Of a DNA stretch of 64,000 nucleotides, positions 12,602 to 24,984 are shown piece after piece. Each line of letters opens with the position of its first letter. Positions within the stretch are counted from its first letter, which is position 1. The notes under the pieces are model-generated. The model saw only the letters and a list, made by a program, of their open reading frames with translations. It was not told where the DNA came from and ran no database searches. The DNA is from Octopus vulgaris (Eukaryota), in contig OX597826.1 of the NCBI GenBank assembly GCA_951406725.2, positions 1,674,001-1,738,000 on the forward strand. The letters are read 5' to 3'. The position numbers and the translations under genes are program-made.

Positions 12602-13299
12602 TGATGCAAACAGGAAAAATAGAACTCAAAATATGAGTAAAAGTATATTTTTAGTACCGACTCACAAAACTCTTGGACCTTCAGTCATTCCATTACTTCT
12701 GCTAAGCATTATATATATATACATACATACACAATTGTCATCATCATCTGTATTCCATAATGGCATGGGTTGAACACTGACAAGATGCAACAAGTCATTA
12801 TGCTCCTGTGTCTGCTTTGGCATGCTTTCTAAGGCTGGATGTCCTTCCTGATACCAACCACTTTACAGAATGGTATAGGGTTTAGAAACCACTATACACA
12901 CAAACACATATACATACATGCATAACACAAGCACTTATATACATGTATGCAATTGTGTCCATATTACTCTATAAGGGGCATAGAACCAATTTCCCAGTTT
13001 CTCTGACACACACATACACACTATATATATAAATATACACACACTATATATATATAAACACACACACACTATATATATATGTGTGTGTATGTGTGTTCCT
13101 CCCTGGATGAGACACTGGTCTGTCACAGGATTACTCATTTGTACCAGCTGCTGAGTGGACTGGAGCAACATGAAATGAAGTGCCTTGCTCAAGAACATAA
13201 CACATCACCCAGTTCAGGAATCGAAACCACAATCTCATGATCATGAGTTCAAACATCCTAACCACTGAGCCATGCACCTCCACACATGCATGTAATATT

Positions 13300-13770
13300 C
13301 ACCTACTAACTCTGGATATGCTTTAACTACAACAGCACCATCCAAGCGTGATCGCTGCCTGAGCAGGTGACTGGCTTCCGTGCCAGTGGTACATAAATAG
13401 CACCATTCAAACATTGTTGTTACCAGTGTTGCCTCACTGGCACTTGTGCTGGGGGCACGTGAAAAAGATTTGAGCGAGGTTGTTGCCAGTGCCGCTGGAC
13501 TGGCTCATGTGCAGGTGGTACGTAAAAAACACCACTTGAGCGTGGCTGTTGCCAGTACTGCCTGACTGCCCCCTGTGCCGGTGGCACATAAAAGCACCCA
13601 TTACACTCTCAGAGTGGTTGGCATTAGGAAGGGCATCCAGCTGTAGAAACTCTGCCAGATCAGACTGGAGCCTGGTGCAACCATCTGGTTCGCCAGTCCT
13701 CAGTCAAATCGTCCAACCCATGCCAGCATGGAAAGCAGACATTATACGATGATGCTAATGATGATGATGA
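13300..13770 (+). mobile_element. Family D retroposon (RTE-related 3' end with (ATG)n tail; internal gtgcc.gtggcacgtaaaaagcacc repeats)
   Basis: Ends ...ccaacccatgccagcatggaaagcagac...gatgatg. Homologous to 19100-19478, 31930-32120 and 60920-61150. Confidence 0.75.
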
Positions 13771-14022
13771 CCTGTCATTCAACATATTAAACCATTTCCT
13801 TTACTCCTAGAAGTGACCACACTTCTAAAATTAAGTTTACAGCTCAGGAAAGTTAAAGAAAAGCAAAAGGAACTAAAAAAACAACAACTAATAAAGGAAT
13901 AAACTGAAAGCAGCAAGATTGAACTCATGACCTTTGATCTTATAATCCAATATGTTATTTGGTTGGACCCTGCTTTTCTATGGACATTCAATTGACTCTG
14001 AAAATTGGGTTCATGCTCTTAC

Positions 14023-15180
14023 CTGATTATCTGATGTCTCAGGCCCCGGGGTAATAACGACTTCAGTTTTGGGTATGTCTTCACCATGGCCATTAACCAT
14101 CGCAGTGGTTTGGCTGGGAGCCTGTTCCTCGACCTTGTCTGAAAATGTGACCGAGTTTGTAGTGGGTGGAGTTTCTGGTTCCGTATAAACTACCTCACCA
14201 GTCTGTGACGGGGCTGGTTCTTGCGTTGCAACCACGACAACGGGTGGCTTATATTCTGGTTCAGCTGGTTCATACTCTGCTGCTGCTGCTGCAACAGAGA
14301 CAGTTGCTGCAGCTGTTTCAGACGCTTGCACTTCAGGTACAACTTCATGTTCTTCAGGTGCACTTTCAGCTGCAGTCGTTTCATATGCTGCTGCACTTGC
14401 CTCTACTACGACATTCTCTGTTGCTGCTGTAGGGTACTCTTCCTCCTCTCTAGGGGTCTGCTCTACGGCACATGCAGTTGCTACCACAGGTACAGGTGTG
14501 GGTTCCGGTGGAGGCAATTCTTCTACCACAGTTACAGGTTCTGGTGGAGGGGGCTGCTCTACCACAGGTGGAGGTGTAGGTTCAGGTGACTGATAAACGA
14601 CAGGCGTCGTTGCAACCACAGGTGTTGTTTCTACAACAGGTACAGGTGTAGGTTCTGGTGGTGGTGGTGGTGGTAGATCATCTACCACAGGTTTAAAAGT
14701 TTGCATCTTAGGTGGTGTTGCCACCACAGCTACAGGTGTCGGCTGTGGTGGAGGTGGCTGCTCCACCACAGGTGTGGGCTCTGCAGCTTCTGGTTCTACG
14801 ACATGTGCTTGCACAACAACAGGGGCTTGCCTAACCACAGGCTGTGGTTGTGGCTGCGGTTGCACAGGGGTTTGTTCAACCACTGTTGGCGGCACTTCCT
14901 GTACATGTGTCTCTGCAGGTTCTGTTCTTTGTTTTGGAACAGGTGCTTCTGGTGCTTTTGTTCGCTTTGGTTTAACCTTTCCTGCAAGTGTAGGCCTTGG
15001 TGCAGGAGCAGGTTTGGGACCAAGTGCAGGTTTGGGAGCAGGTGCAGTATTGGGACCAACAGCTGGCTTTGATGGTAGTGCTGGCTTTGCTCCTGCTGGC
15101 TTGGCTGGGGGTGCCGGCTTTGCTACTGGCGCTGGCTTGGCTGGAGCTGGTTTGGCTGGAGCCGGTTTAAATGTTTCCAT
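14023..15180 (-). CDS. Large exon encoding a disordered Pro/Ala/Lys-rich then Pro/Glu/Val/Thr-rich (PEVK-like) segment, probably the N-terminal part of a larger cytoskeletal/muscle or adaptor protein
   Basis: 386 open codons with non-microsatellite codon usage and no SINEs. aagATGG start context. Strong acceptor ttctttatctttttcAG before 15259, and the frame stays open from the acceptor to the ATG. Phase-0 donor CAG|GTAAGA at 14022, three codons before the read-through stop at 14011. Confidence 0.85.
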
Positions 15181-15421
15181 CTTATTTTCTTGTGTGTGTT
15201 TGTTTATATATTTTTTTCCTTTTTCAGAATCTAAAGAATCTGTTTGGGTCTGTCCACTTCTGAAAAAGATAAAGAATTTAAAATCAGAAAAAATTTAATC
15301 TCAAAATATCAAGAATAAAACTTATTATCATTGTCATCATTATAATAAAGGCAGCGAACTGGCAGAATTGTCACAGAATCAGAAGAAACATTTGCAGTAT
15401 ATCTTGTGTTTTTTTTTTCTT

Positions 15422-15649
15422 TTTCTCTCTTTACTTGTTTCAGTCATTTGACTGTGGCCATTTTGGAGCACCACCTTTAGTCGAGCAAATCGACCCCAGG
15501 ATTTATTCTTTGGAAGCCTAGTACTTATTCTATTGGTCTCTTTTGCCGAACTGCTAAGTTTCGGGGACGTAAACACACCACCATTGGTTGTCAAGCGATG
15601 TTGGGGGGAACAAACACAGACACACAAACATATGCACACACATACATAC

Positions 15650-15708
<59 letters not shown>

Positions 15709-15884
15709 AACACATACATATATATGACAGGCTTCTTTCAGTTTCCGTCTACCAAATCCACTCACAAGGCTTTGGTCAGCCCAAGGCTATAGTAGAAGAC
15801 ACTTGCCAAAAGTGCCACGTAATGGGACTGAACCTGGAAACATGTGGTTGGTAAGCAAGCTACTTACCACACAGCCACTCCTGC
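15422..15884 (-). mobile_element. Bipartite SINE, family B
   Basis: Reverse complement of 9165-9563 with an expanded (TA)n linker. Confidence 0.9.
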
Positions 15885-15942
15885 ATATAAACATCTGAAA
15901 AACAAACAATTCAACAAATTAAAACTCCCATTAGGGGAGGTG

Positions 15943-16262
15943 CTATGAGCTCCTTACAGGAAAACCTACAAAAAGCAATGGGTGCCTGATCAACAGGGCA
16001 AGAGCCCTTCTTTGATTCTCTTTTTTACAGGTCAGAATTAGTCCTTTCACACTGGCCATTCTTCCAACAAACTTGCTACATGGCAACACTTCCCTCTCCA
16101 CCCTCAACTTCCTTTTCAAGTGAAACTTGAAAAAGTTGATGAGGGCTTGGCCAAAGAGGAAAGTGTCTGGATAGTCATGGTGGGTATACTGGGCTTTATA
16201 TATTTGTACCTCAGCGTCACTTTTGGACGACTCCACCATACTTCTTCTTTCACTACAGCCAC
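15943..16262 (-). mobile_element. LINE ORF2 C-terminal remnant (L1/Tx1-like)
   Basis: Translation ...GQALINFFKFHLKRKLRVEREVL...KFV resembles the extreme C-terminus of L1/Tx1-clade ORF2 and is degraded. Confidence 0.45.
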
Positions 16263-16673
16263 CAGACAAACAAAAACTGCCCAAGACTATAGTGGAAGGC
16301 ACTTTGCCAAGGTGCCATGCAGCAGGACTGAACCTGGAACCATGTGGTTGGGAAGCAAACGTCACAGAGCCACACCTAAACCTTTTAACTGAGCTGGTCT
16401 CAGGACAAAGACACACAAAACAATAAAACAATTAAAAGGCCTTAGAATAACCTTTGGCTTCTAAAGATATTCTATTATTGTTTTGCATTTTGTGAAGAAT
16501 AATCGCATTGGCTGAAAGTTTTTCAGCAAAGCCAATCACGGCTTCATTGCATTTATGGTTGCCAAGGAAACAAATTTTCTGTGCAACTCAACTGGAATAA
16601 ATATTAGAAGAGATTTTATTCAAAAGCACATATTTATTGGTTTCCTTAATAATAAAAGAGGTGCACATTTTAT

Positions 16674-16706
<33 letters not shown>

Positions 16707-16964
16707 AGCAATTATGCAGATAACCAAATTAAATATGACAGCTTGAGGTTGATGTACAAAATATATGTAAACAGAAAGAAAGTAAAGACTGAAGGTTTTC
16801 AGACAATCAATATTTAAGTATAAATATATATTTATATATCAATAGATCAAGCTTACACAGAGTCCAAATGACAGAGAAACTATAATGACATCAGAGCCGA
16901 AGTTCAAAGAATTTGAGCGCTACAAAGTGTTTTCGATACCGAGAATCTCTGGATCTTATCTGTC

Positions 16965-17000
<36 letters not shown>

Positions 17001-17102
17001 TCCAGCTTGCCTGCTTTGGTCAAACAGTTCAACCCATGCGAACATGGACAATGGACGTTAAATGATGATGATTATATATATATATATATTTGTTGTGACC
17101 TA

Positions 17103-17430
17103 CTTCGGTCATGACACTGACCATGGGCTTGCACCTAGAAAGTTACCCTCCCAGGCACAAGTCTGGGCAAAGTTGTTTATGGAAGACCAGCAGTCGCCCA
17201 TGCATACTGGCCTCCCCTCTCCACACCACCAATGTTATCCAAGGGAAAGACAAGGGACGATAGAGCTTGGCACCTGCGATGTCGCAACTCATTACTACGG
17301 CTGAGTGAACTGGAGCAATGTGAAATAAAGTGTCCTGCTCAAGAACACAATATGCAGCCCGGTCAAGGATTCGAGCTCACAACCTCACGATCGTAAGCTC
17401 GACACTCTAACCACTGAGCCATGTGCCTTC
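17103..17430 (-). mobile_element. tRNA-derived SINE, family A
   Basis: Full-length copy homologous to 319-555. Confidence 0.9.
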
Positions 17431-18263
17431 ACACACACACACACATACATTATATATATATATATATAAAATGATGATGATAAAGCTGAACACTAAGCTG
17501 GGCTTAACTGATGAGGCAAATGGAAATTGCCAAAACTGATGTTAGTCTTAAGAATTCTTAGTTGACATTTCTCAGACAATTATCGTCCTTGTTAGTGCAT
17601 ATATTTTCATTCATGTGTGGTAACTACAGCATTAGAGCATTTTAGCTCTCATTTCTAACAATGTAGATATTTTTTTAATAGCCTTGTTACATTTAGTGAC
17701 AATTATAATTGTCCTTTTTTGGTGAAACATTTGCAACCTGCTGTTAATGTTAATTTTGTATGTGTGTGTATATATATATATATATATATAAAGATATGGA
17801 TTCAGAGAATCATGTAGCTATCACAGTAAGCTGCCTTAATTGTTTTAGGAGCTTGGTGTGGTCCCAAGCAGGCACAGACACCTTTCTCTCCAGAGAGAGA
17901 GAAAGAGTTGCATCAGCAGTTGCAAATACTCATTTTCAGTTGCATAGACAAAACATGAAATGAAAAGGCTTGCTCAAGGACACATGCCATCTGGTTCAAG
18001 AATTCAAACCATAACAAGATGATTGTGAGTCAAACACTGTAACCACTAGGCCACAGGGCAGACACGAATGCTCATACAGTTAGAGAAATCTCCTCAGTAG
18101 GGCTGCTCATATAAACAAATACAGTGTGTATATAAACATAGTTTTGCTTTACATGTATATCTGATAAAAATATCCATACACTTGTCGATGTATATAAATA
18201 CTCTTCTGGATATAGATAAGCTGGCACAGCATGTTTGTACAGGACTTCACATTTCTGTTTGTA

Positions 18264-18480
18264 TATGAAGGGGTACTGAAATGTTCCTGGCTTTAAGGGT
18301 ATTACAAATGGACTGGTTGAAGGCCCAACCTTCTGAGTTCTTTTAAAGGGTTTAGAAAAACTGAAGGACTGCTGCAATAAGTGTGTGAATCTGAGAAGGA
18401 AATGTGTTGAATAAAATCATAATTAACTTCTCTTGTATTTTCTTTTACCCAAAACCAAGAACTTTTCAGTGCCTCTTTGT
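18264..18480 (+). mobile_element. Non-autonomous mariner derivative (MITE) retaining the transposase 3' end
   Basis: TIR-like ends gaaggggtactgaaatgttcctgg / ccaagaacttttcagtgcctc. Internal FKGLEKLKDCCNKCVNLRRKCVE* resembles a mariner C-terminus. A reverse copy lies at 23846-24066. Confidence 0.7.
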
Positions 18481-18623
18481 ATGCATATATTTATTAATGG
18501 TCAACATTAAGGCATATTATATATATATTATATTAAATAATGAAGGTAGAAATTGATATTAATCAATTAAAACCAGTGGCTTAGCATATTTAAAAAAAAC
18601 CCGAAGATTAAAAATTATATTAC

Positions 18624-18864
18624 ATACAAAATTAAGAGGAATGACCACTGAGGTGGACTCCTAATATGCTAAAGATAGTCAAATTGCCTCACCATGAAGA
18701 GTGTGTTCTCAAGAAAAAAATCAGCAAAATGCCAGAATGTAAAAATGCTCTCATGGCGTTTAGCTGATTTTTTTCTTGAGAACACACTCTTCATGGTGAG
18801 GCAATTTGACTATCTTTAGCATATTAGGAGTCCACCTCAGTGGTCATTCCTCTTAATTTTGTAT
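18624..18864. repeat. Perfect 102-bp inverted repeat with 37-nt spacer (foldback)
   Basis: 18624-18725 is the exact reverse complement of 18763-18864, with (TA)n nearby on both sides. Confidence 0.95.
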
Positions 18865-19099
18865 ATATATTATATATATATATACACATACACCATAATA
18901 GTCAGGAGGTATGAAAGAGGAATATATATTTACTAACCACATGACATCCTTAGGATCACAGCTGTTTCACAACCTGATTCATATAGTATTAATTTCAGTG
19001 TGGAAGAAATTATGCTCACACCAGTAGTACACTTTCGAGAAGCACGCTTAAATTCTTCATGCAGAATACGTGTTCTTTCAAAAGTGTCGACCCCCTCCT

Positions 19100-19478
19100 T
19101 AACCTGAGGAGACCTATTGAGTCAAGTACATCACCATCAAAAAACCAAATTTAAATTGTAGTCGCGATACCTGTGCTGGTGGCACGTTAAAAGCACCAAC
19201 CGAACGTGGCCGATGCCAGTGCCGCCTTGACTGGCTTCAGTGCCGGTGGCACGTAATAAGCACCAACTGATCGTGGCCGTTGCCAGCCTCCCTTGGCACC
19301 TGTGCCGGTGGCACTTAAAAAGCACCCACTACACTCACGGAGTGGTTGGCGTTAGGAAGGGTATCCAGCTGTAGAAATACTGCCAGATCAGACTGGAGCC
19401 GGGTGCAGCCTCCTGGCTTCCCAGACCCCAGTAGAACCGTCCAACCCATGCTAGGACGTTAAACGATGATGATGATGA
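19100..19478 (+). mobile_element. Family D retroposon
   Basis: Homologous to 13300-13770, with a (gat)n tail. Confidence 0.75.
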
Positions 19479-19892
19479 TATATATATATATAACACTGTG
19501 TGGTATGATTTTCAACAAGTAGTATAGCACTCGATCAGTTTAGGCAACAAAGATAGTGATATAAAAACCCCCACAAATCTTGAGATATACAGATACCCAG
19601 GGTTTCCTGGTAGAAATATTAATCAATTTCAGTATTTATCAAGCTGGGAAATACAAGATGGTTAATTAACTACAACTGATCCAGTCAATGTTTTGATGAG
19701 GACACATTTAGAAAAGGACAGAGAAGCACATATGCATATTCCATGAATGTAGCATTAATATTCTAGGTCATTCAATTTTTCTCAACCAACAAAAGGGCTG
19801 AGTGAGTAAACCTAGCAATAAGAAACCTATAGTGACCACTGGAAACAACTGTAAGTCGAATTTGCTATAATAAACAAAAATATGTAATGGCC

Positions 19893-19943
<51 letters not shown>

Positions 19944-20649
19944 ATATATATGTGTGTGTAAACTTGTGTATATACATATACACACATATGTGTATATATA
20001 CTTATACATATGTGCATATATACCTAGGTACATATACATTTATCCATACACAATATGTCTATACACATAAACACACAAACATTACAAACGTATTATTCTC
20101 ATTCAGACAGATATATGCACACACATACAAATATAAACATATGCCTACAAATGGATACTTGCAACCTTGTATACAGGTGTATATTCAAAAGTATATATAT
20201 ATATATATATATATATGTAGAGAGAGAGAGAGAGAGATAGATACACTTATAAACAAAAGTACACACAGATGCACATATATGCACATTTGTATATTCCTGC
20301 ATATGCGTATACACCCACATCGAGTCATACATAGTTCTTGCATCTGTTCATATATATATATATCACCTGCACAGCTTACCTTACAAACGTATTTTCTTTA
20401 TGCCTTTCATCTTCACATCTACTTCTTTCTGCCTACAAACTCATTTATACCACACCTAATTGACATATACATTACTCCACCCACCAAAAGAACACCCTGT
20501 CAAAAACTATATATATATTATATATTTGTATATATATACATGGCTTGCTAACCAAATGAAAACTAAACTTTCTTGATGATGGCTAGCAAGCCAAAACTTT
20601 GCACTCAATTTCAACTTTTTCCTTATAGAAATGTTATATAAATATATAA

Positions 20650-20938
20650 GGCACAGGTGTGGCAGTGTGGTAAAAAATCTGCTTCCCAATCACATGGTTC
20701 CAGGTCCAGTCCCACTGTGTGGCACCTTGGGCAAGTGTCCTCTACTATAGCTTCAGGCTGACCATAGCCTTGTGAGATGATATGATAGACAGAAGCTGAA
20801 AGAAGCCCATCGTGTGTATGTGTGTGCGTGCATGCCTTTGTAGCTGTGTTTGTCCCTGAACACTGCTTAACGGTGTTGGTGTGTTTATGTCCCCAATAAC
20901 TTGGCTATTCGGCAAATGAAACTGATAGAAACTAGGCT
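20650..20938 (+). mobile_element. SINE, family B, 3'-truncated
   Basis: Head and linker match 9165. Confidence 0.85.
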
Positions 20939-21932
20939 TTCATGGAAGATTTTAATTTAGATCTCTTCATAATAGGGGCTTATAACATAGACCTAGGGGC
21001 AGTCTCAAGCAAGCAGGAATCAAAAGGGTTGACTGAATCAATGGTATGATATCACTAATCCCCTTCAAATTCTTCAAGGTATTTGGCAATCCAATACAGG
21101 AGTTAGAAGTGAGATTAAAAAGTGAGGCTTGTTCAGATTAACATGAAAAGAAGCAATCACTAGCATTTCAGGAAAGCCCTTTATCTTAAAATAAGGGGCT
21201 TCCTTGCTGGAATAAAGGGCTTTCTCTCTGGAATGTTTGCTATATCTTCTGGTAAAGGTAAATTAAAATACATTACTTTTTATATTTGTTGTATTGACTT
21301 GTGGCAAGTACCACCAGACCACCACTGACACCATCACTGCTGCTACCATTACCCCTGCTACCATTACCACCACCTGTTACTCCACTGTCACCAGCAGCAC
21401 CACTACCACTATGCTACTACAGCCATTAACACTACCATTAAGAATACAACCTCCACCACAACCATCAATTCTCATACCATCACCACCATTAACACCACGG
21501 CTGTTACTACCATTATCACCCCCACTACTACCACCATCACAATCACCACCACCATTACTACTGCCACTGCTACCATTAAAACCAGCACCTCTGCCTTTCT
21601 CTGAATTTGTTGCAATGATATTCAATTATTGACCAAATACAAAATTTGCGCTTCATGAAGCATTACCGATATTGCAGTTGTTGTTTAGCCCCCGGCTGGT
21701 CTTTATTGAGTAAACCCATGATCAAAGATAATCCAGGCATCTCCATCTCATTGAATTCCTATATAGAAAGGACCCAGAAGTGCATTAACCAATATGTCCT
21801 ATTTTAAGATATGGTTTAAGTTGGCAAAAATTTAGCTGCTATTTTCAACCAGTCAAGCAATAATATAAAAGTTCCTTTATGATTCTCAGAAATGAAACGG
21901 TTGATAAAATAGCTGCAGGGTGTATAATGTGC

Positions 21933-21976
<44 letters not shown>

Positions 21977-23410
21977 TGAATTAGTCAAGCTAGCAATGTA
22001 AAATATTGAGATGTGGGTTTTTAGATTTTCCTGAAATGCAATAATTTTATAACAAGTTCAATACAATCCAAAGATCAAATATTATAGATAAATTATTTGA
22101 TCAGCTTCAGTGCTTAAAACCAAAGACTGTGAAATCCAATTTACATATCAAAATGATACGAGGGAATATTCCTTCTAAAGATTTATCTGCATTTGTGTGT
22201 ATGTATGCATGTTTGTATGTGCGTGTTTGTATATACATGTATGTGAATATTGTTGCTGGCTGTTGATGATATTTATAGCCCTAGGTCAGTTATGAATGAA
22301 CAAACCTATGACCAAAAAAAAGCATTCCAATGGTAACCATTCTGTTATCATTGGCCATTCCAGGATGCATTTACCTTATTCAACCATTTTACTTTTCTTT
22401 TTAAGACAGTACCATCTGATATAAAGGAGTATTAGCTGTTATTTCTAGCAAGTTGACTAACCACGTAGAGGTTCCATTATTAGATGTGGATATTTTATGT
22501 AATGACTGTGCAAAGGAAAGTAAATTGTGCAGAAAAAACATTGTATAAATTTGATCCAAAAAGATTTTTAGTTTTGTAGGTTTATGATAAATGATCTGAA
22601 TCCAACACAATATTAATTTCATTCTATTTTCTAAATTAAAAATAATTAATGGTTGGAATTAATCATCCTGAACATGACCAGATATTACACTTTCCTCACA
22701 AGAATTTGTTGCGAATGTATTTTTGCCAAAACATAACACTTTCTTTTTTTATTTTGCAACATAATGGTACAGGTGTGGCTGTGTGGTAAGAAGTTTACTT
22801 CTCAACCATATGGTCCTGGGTTCAGTTTCACTGCATGGCACCTTGGACAAGTGTTTTTCTACTATATAACCATGTGCCAGTTAAAGTCTTCTGAGTGGAT
22901 TTGGAAGACAGAAACTGAAAGTAGCATGTTGTGTGTGAGTGTGTGTTGGTGTGTGTGTGCATGTGTACACACACACACACACACACACATATATACATAT
23001 TTGTATGTGTGTACAAATACATGCATATTTGTGTGTGTGTTGGCATCATGTGACAGATGTAAACAAGTATCACTCATTTCCAATATTCTGCAAAAACATG
23101 TCTGGCCCTGGTGGGGGGGGGGGGTAAATATTACCTTGCTTTGAAACAGGTGAGAGTTGGTGACAGGGAGAGCATCAGGACACAAAAAAACTTACCTGAA
23201 AGAATTTCATAGGACCAATGCAAGCATGGAAAAGTGGATGTTTTAATGATGATGAAAGACAATCCATTAAACATCATTTGGTAAATTAATTGATAGCAAC
23301 ACTTTAATTCAGACAAAGAAAAAATCACTTCATATCTATTTTGTTCTTTTATTTGATTGCTTTACATCCATTTTTTGATGCTGGTATAGGTTAGGTGGAT
23401 ATTTATTTAA

Positions 23411-23616
23411 CTCTTTAGCTTTTAGATTATTCTATTAAATGCAATACTCATTTATTTACATTGTCTTGAATTAATCATGAGAGATTTTGGTGATGTGATT
23501 GATTACTTTTAGAATAACACTGTAGGGTAGATGTGAGAGGCCAAATCTGGCTGGTTTGAACATTAAAAACAGGTTGAATATTTTGGCTGGATATAGCCAG
23601 TTTAAATGCTGAAAGG
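23411..23616. mobile_element. piggyBac-like MITE with TTAA target duplication
   Basis: ttaa|ctctttagc ... gctgaaagg|ttaa. Confidence 0.7.
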
Positions 23617-23845
23617 TTAAAGTGGGTTTTTCTTTATGCCTGGATGCTCTTCCTGTCACCAACTCTTCCTTGTTGAGAAGGGAGTTTTGTTCCAGTACAT
23701 TGAAAGCCCAGAGCTATGAGATATAAAGTTCAAATGGAATGTAAACTGGATAATGCTTATTTTTTTCACTTGGCTGATCTTATGTGATAAGCAGAAAAAT
23801 GACAACTTTCATATGTGCACACACACACACACACACATATATATA

Positions 23846-24066
23846 TAAAGGGGTGCTAAAAAGTTTCTGACTTTTGGTAAAAAAAATACAGGAAGATTTG
23901 TTAATTATGATTTTATTGAACATATTCCCCTCCTCTCAGATTCACACACTTATTGCAGTGGTCCGGCAGTTTTTCTAAGCCCTGTAAAAGAATTCAGAAG
24001 GCCGGGCCTCCAATAAAGCCTTTTATGATACCCTTAAAGCCAGGAACATTTTAGTACCCCCTTGCA
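23846..24066 (-). mobile_element. Non-autonomous mariner derivative, second copy
   Basis: Reverse complement of 18264-18480. Confidence 0.7.
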
Positions 24067-24086
24067 TATGTGTATATGTGTGTATG

Positions 24087-24127
<41 letters not shown>

Positions 24128-24984
24128 CACAATAAGCTTCCATGCAGTTTCCATCTATGAATTTTACTCATTAATCATTATTTTGACTGAGGCAGTAGTA
24201 GAAATCACTTGGCCAAGAAATTATGCAGTGGGATTGAACCTACAGCCATGTGGTTACAAAGTAAACTTCTTACCTGCACTGCCATGCCTGTACCACACAC
24301 ACACATTACCAATGTGTCACACAGTGGGACTGAACCTATGATCACTCGGCTTGAAAGCAAATCTCTTAACCACACAGCCATGCCTATGTCGGTGAGCCTA
24401 AGACCATATACATATGTATGCATATACCTACATATACATGCATACACACACACACACACATACATTCATACATATACACACACATACGTACATACAGCAG
24501 GAATAAAGAGTCAAAGAAGCAAACCAATTATGAAACAGCAGTCAACAAATGAAATAAACATTTCACCTCTTTAATCTAGGTTAATTATATACACACACAC
24601 ACACACACACACACATTCATACACACTCACACACAATCATTTCAAATTTTGGCACAGAGCCAGCAATTTCAGAGGAGGTGGTAAGTCAATTACATCGACC
24701 CCAGTACTCAACTGGTACTTATTTTACTGACCCGAAAGGATGAAAGACAGTATGTATGTGTGTGTGTATGTGTGTGTGTATTCACAACTGACTTCTGTAT
24801 AGTTTGTCTTCTAATTCCATTCACAAGATATTGGTCAACCCAAAGCTATGTATAAAAGACCCTTGCTAAAGTTCCCACACAATGGGGCCAAACCCAAAAT
24901 CAAGTGGCTGCAAAGCAGGCTTCTTAATTACAATCCCTTACTTATGCATGAATGGATTTATGCAAGTGCATGCATGCAGGTTCT

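Noticed and set aside
14166-15298. Plus-strand and alternate-frame ORFs overlapping the Pro-rich exon
   Set aside because: Shadows of the repetitive codon usage of the real minus-strand frame.
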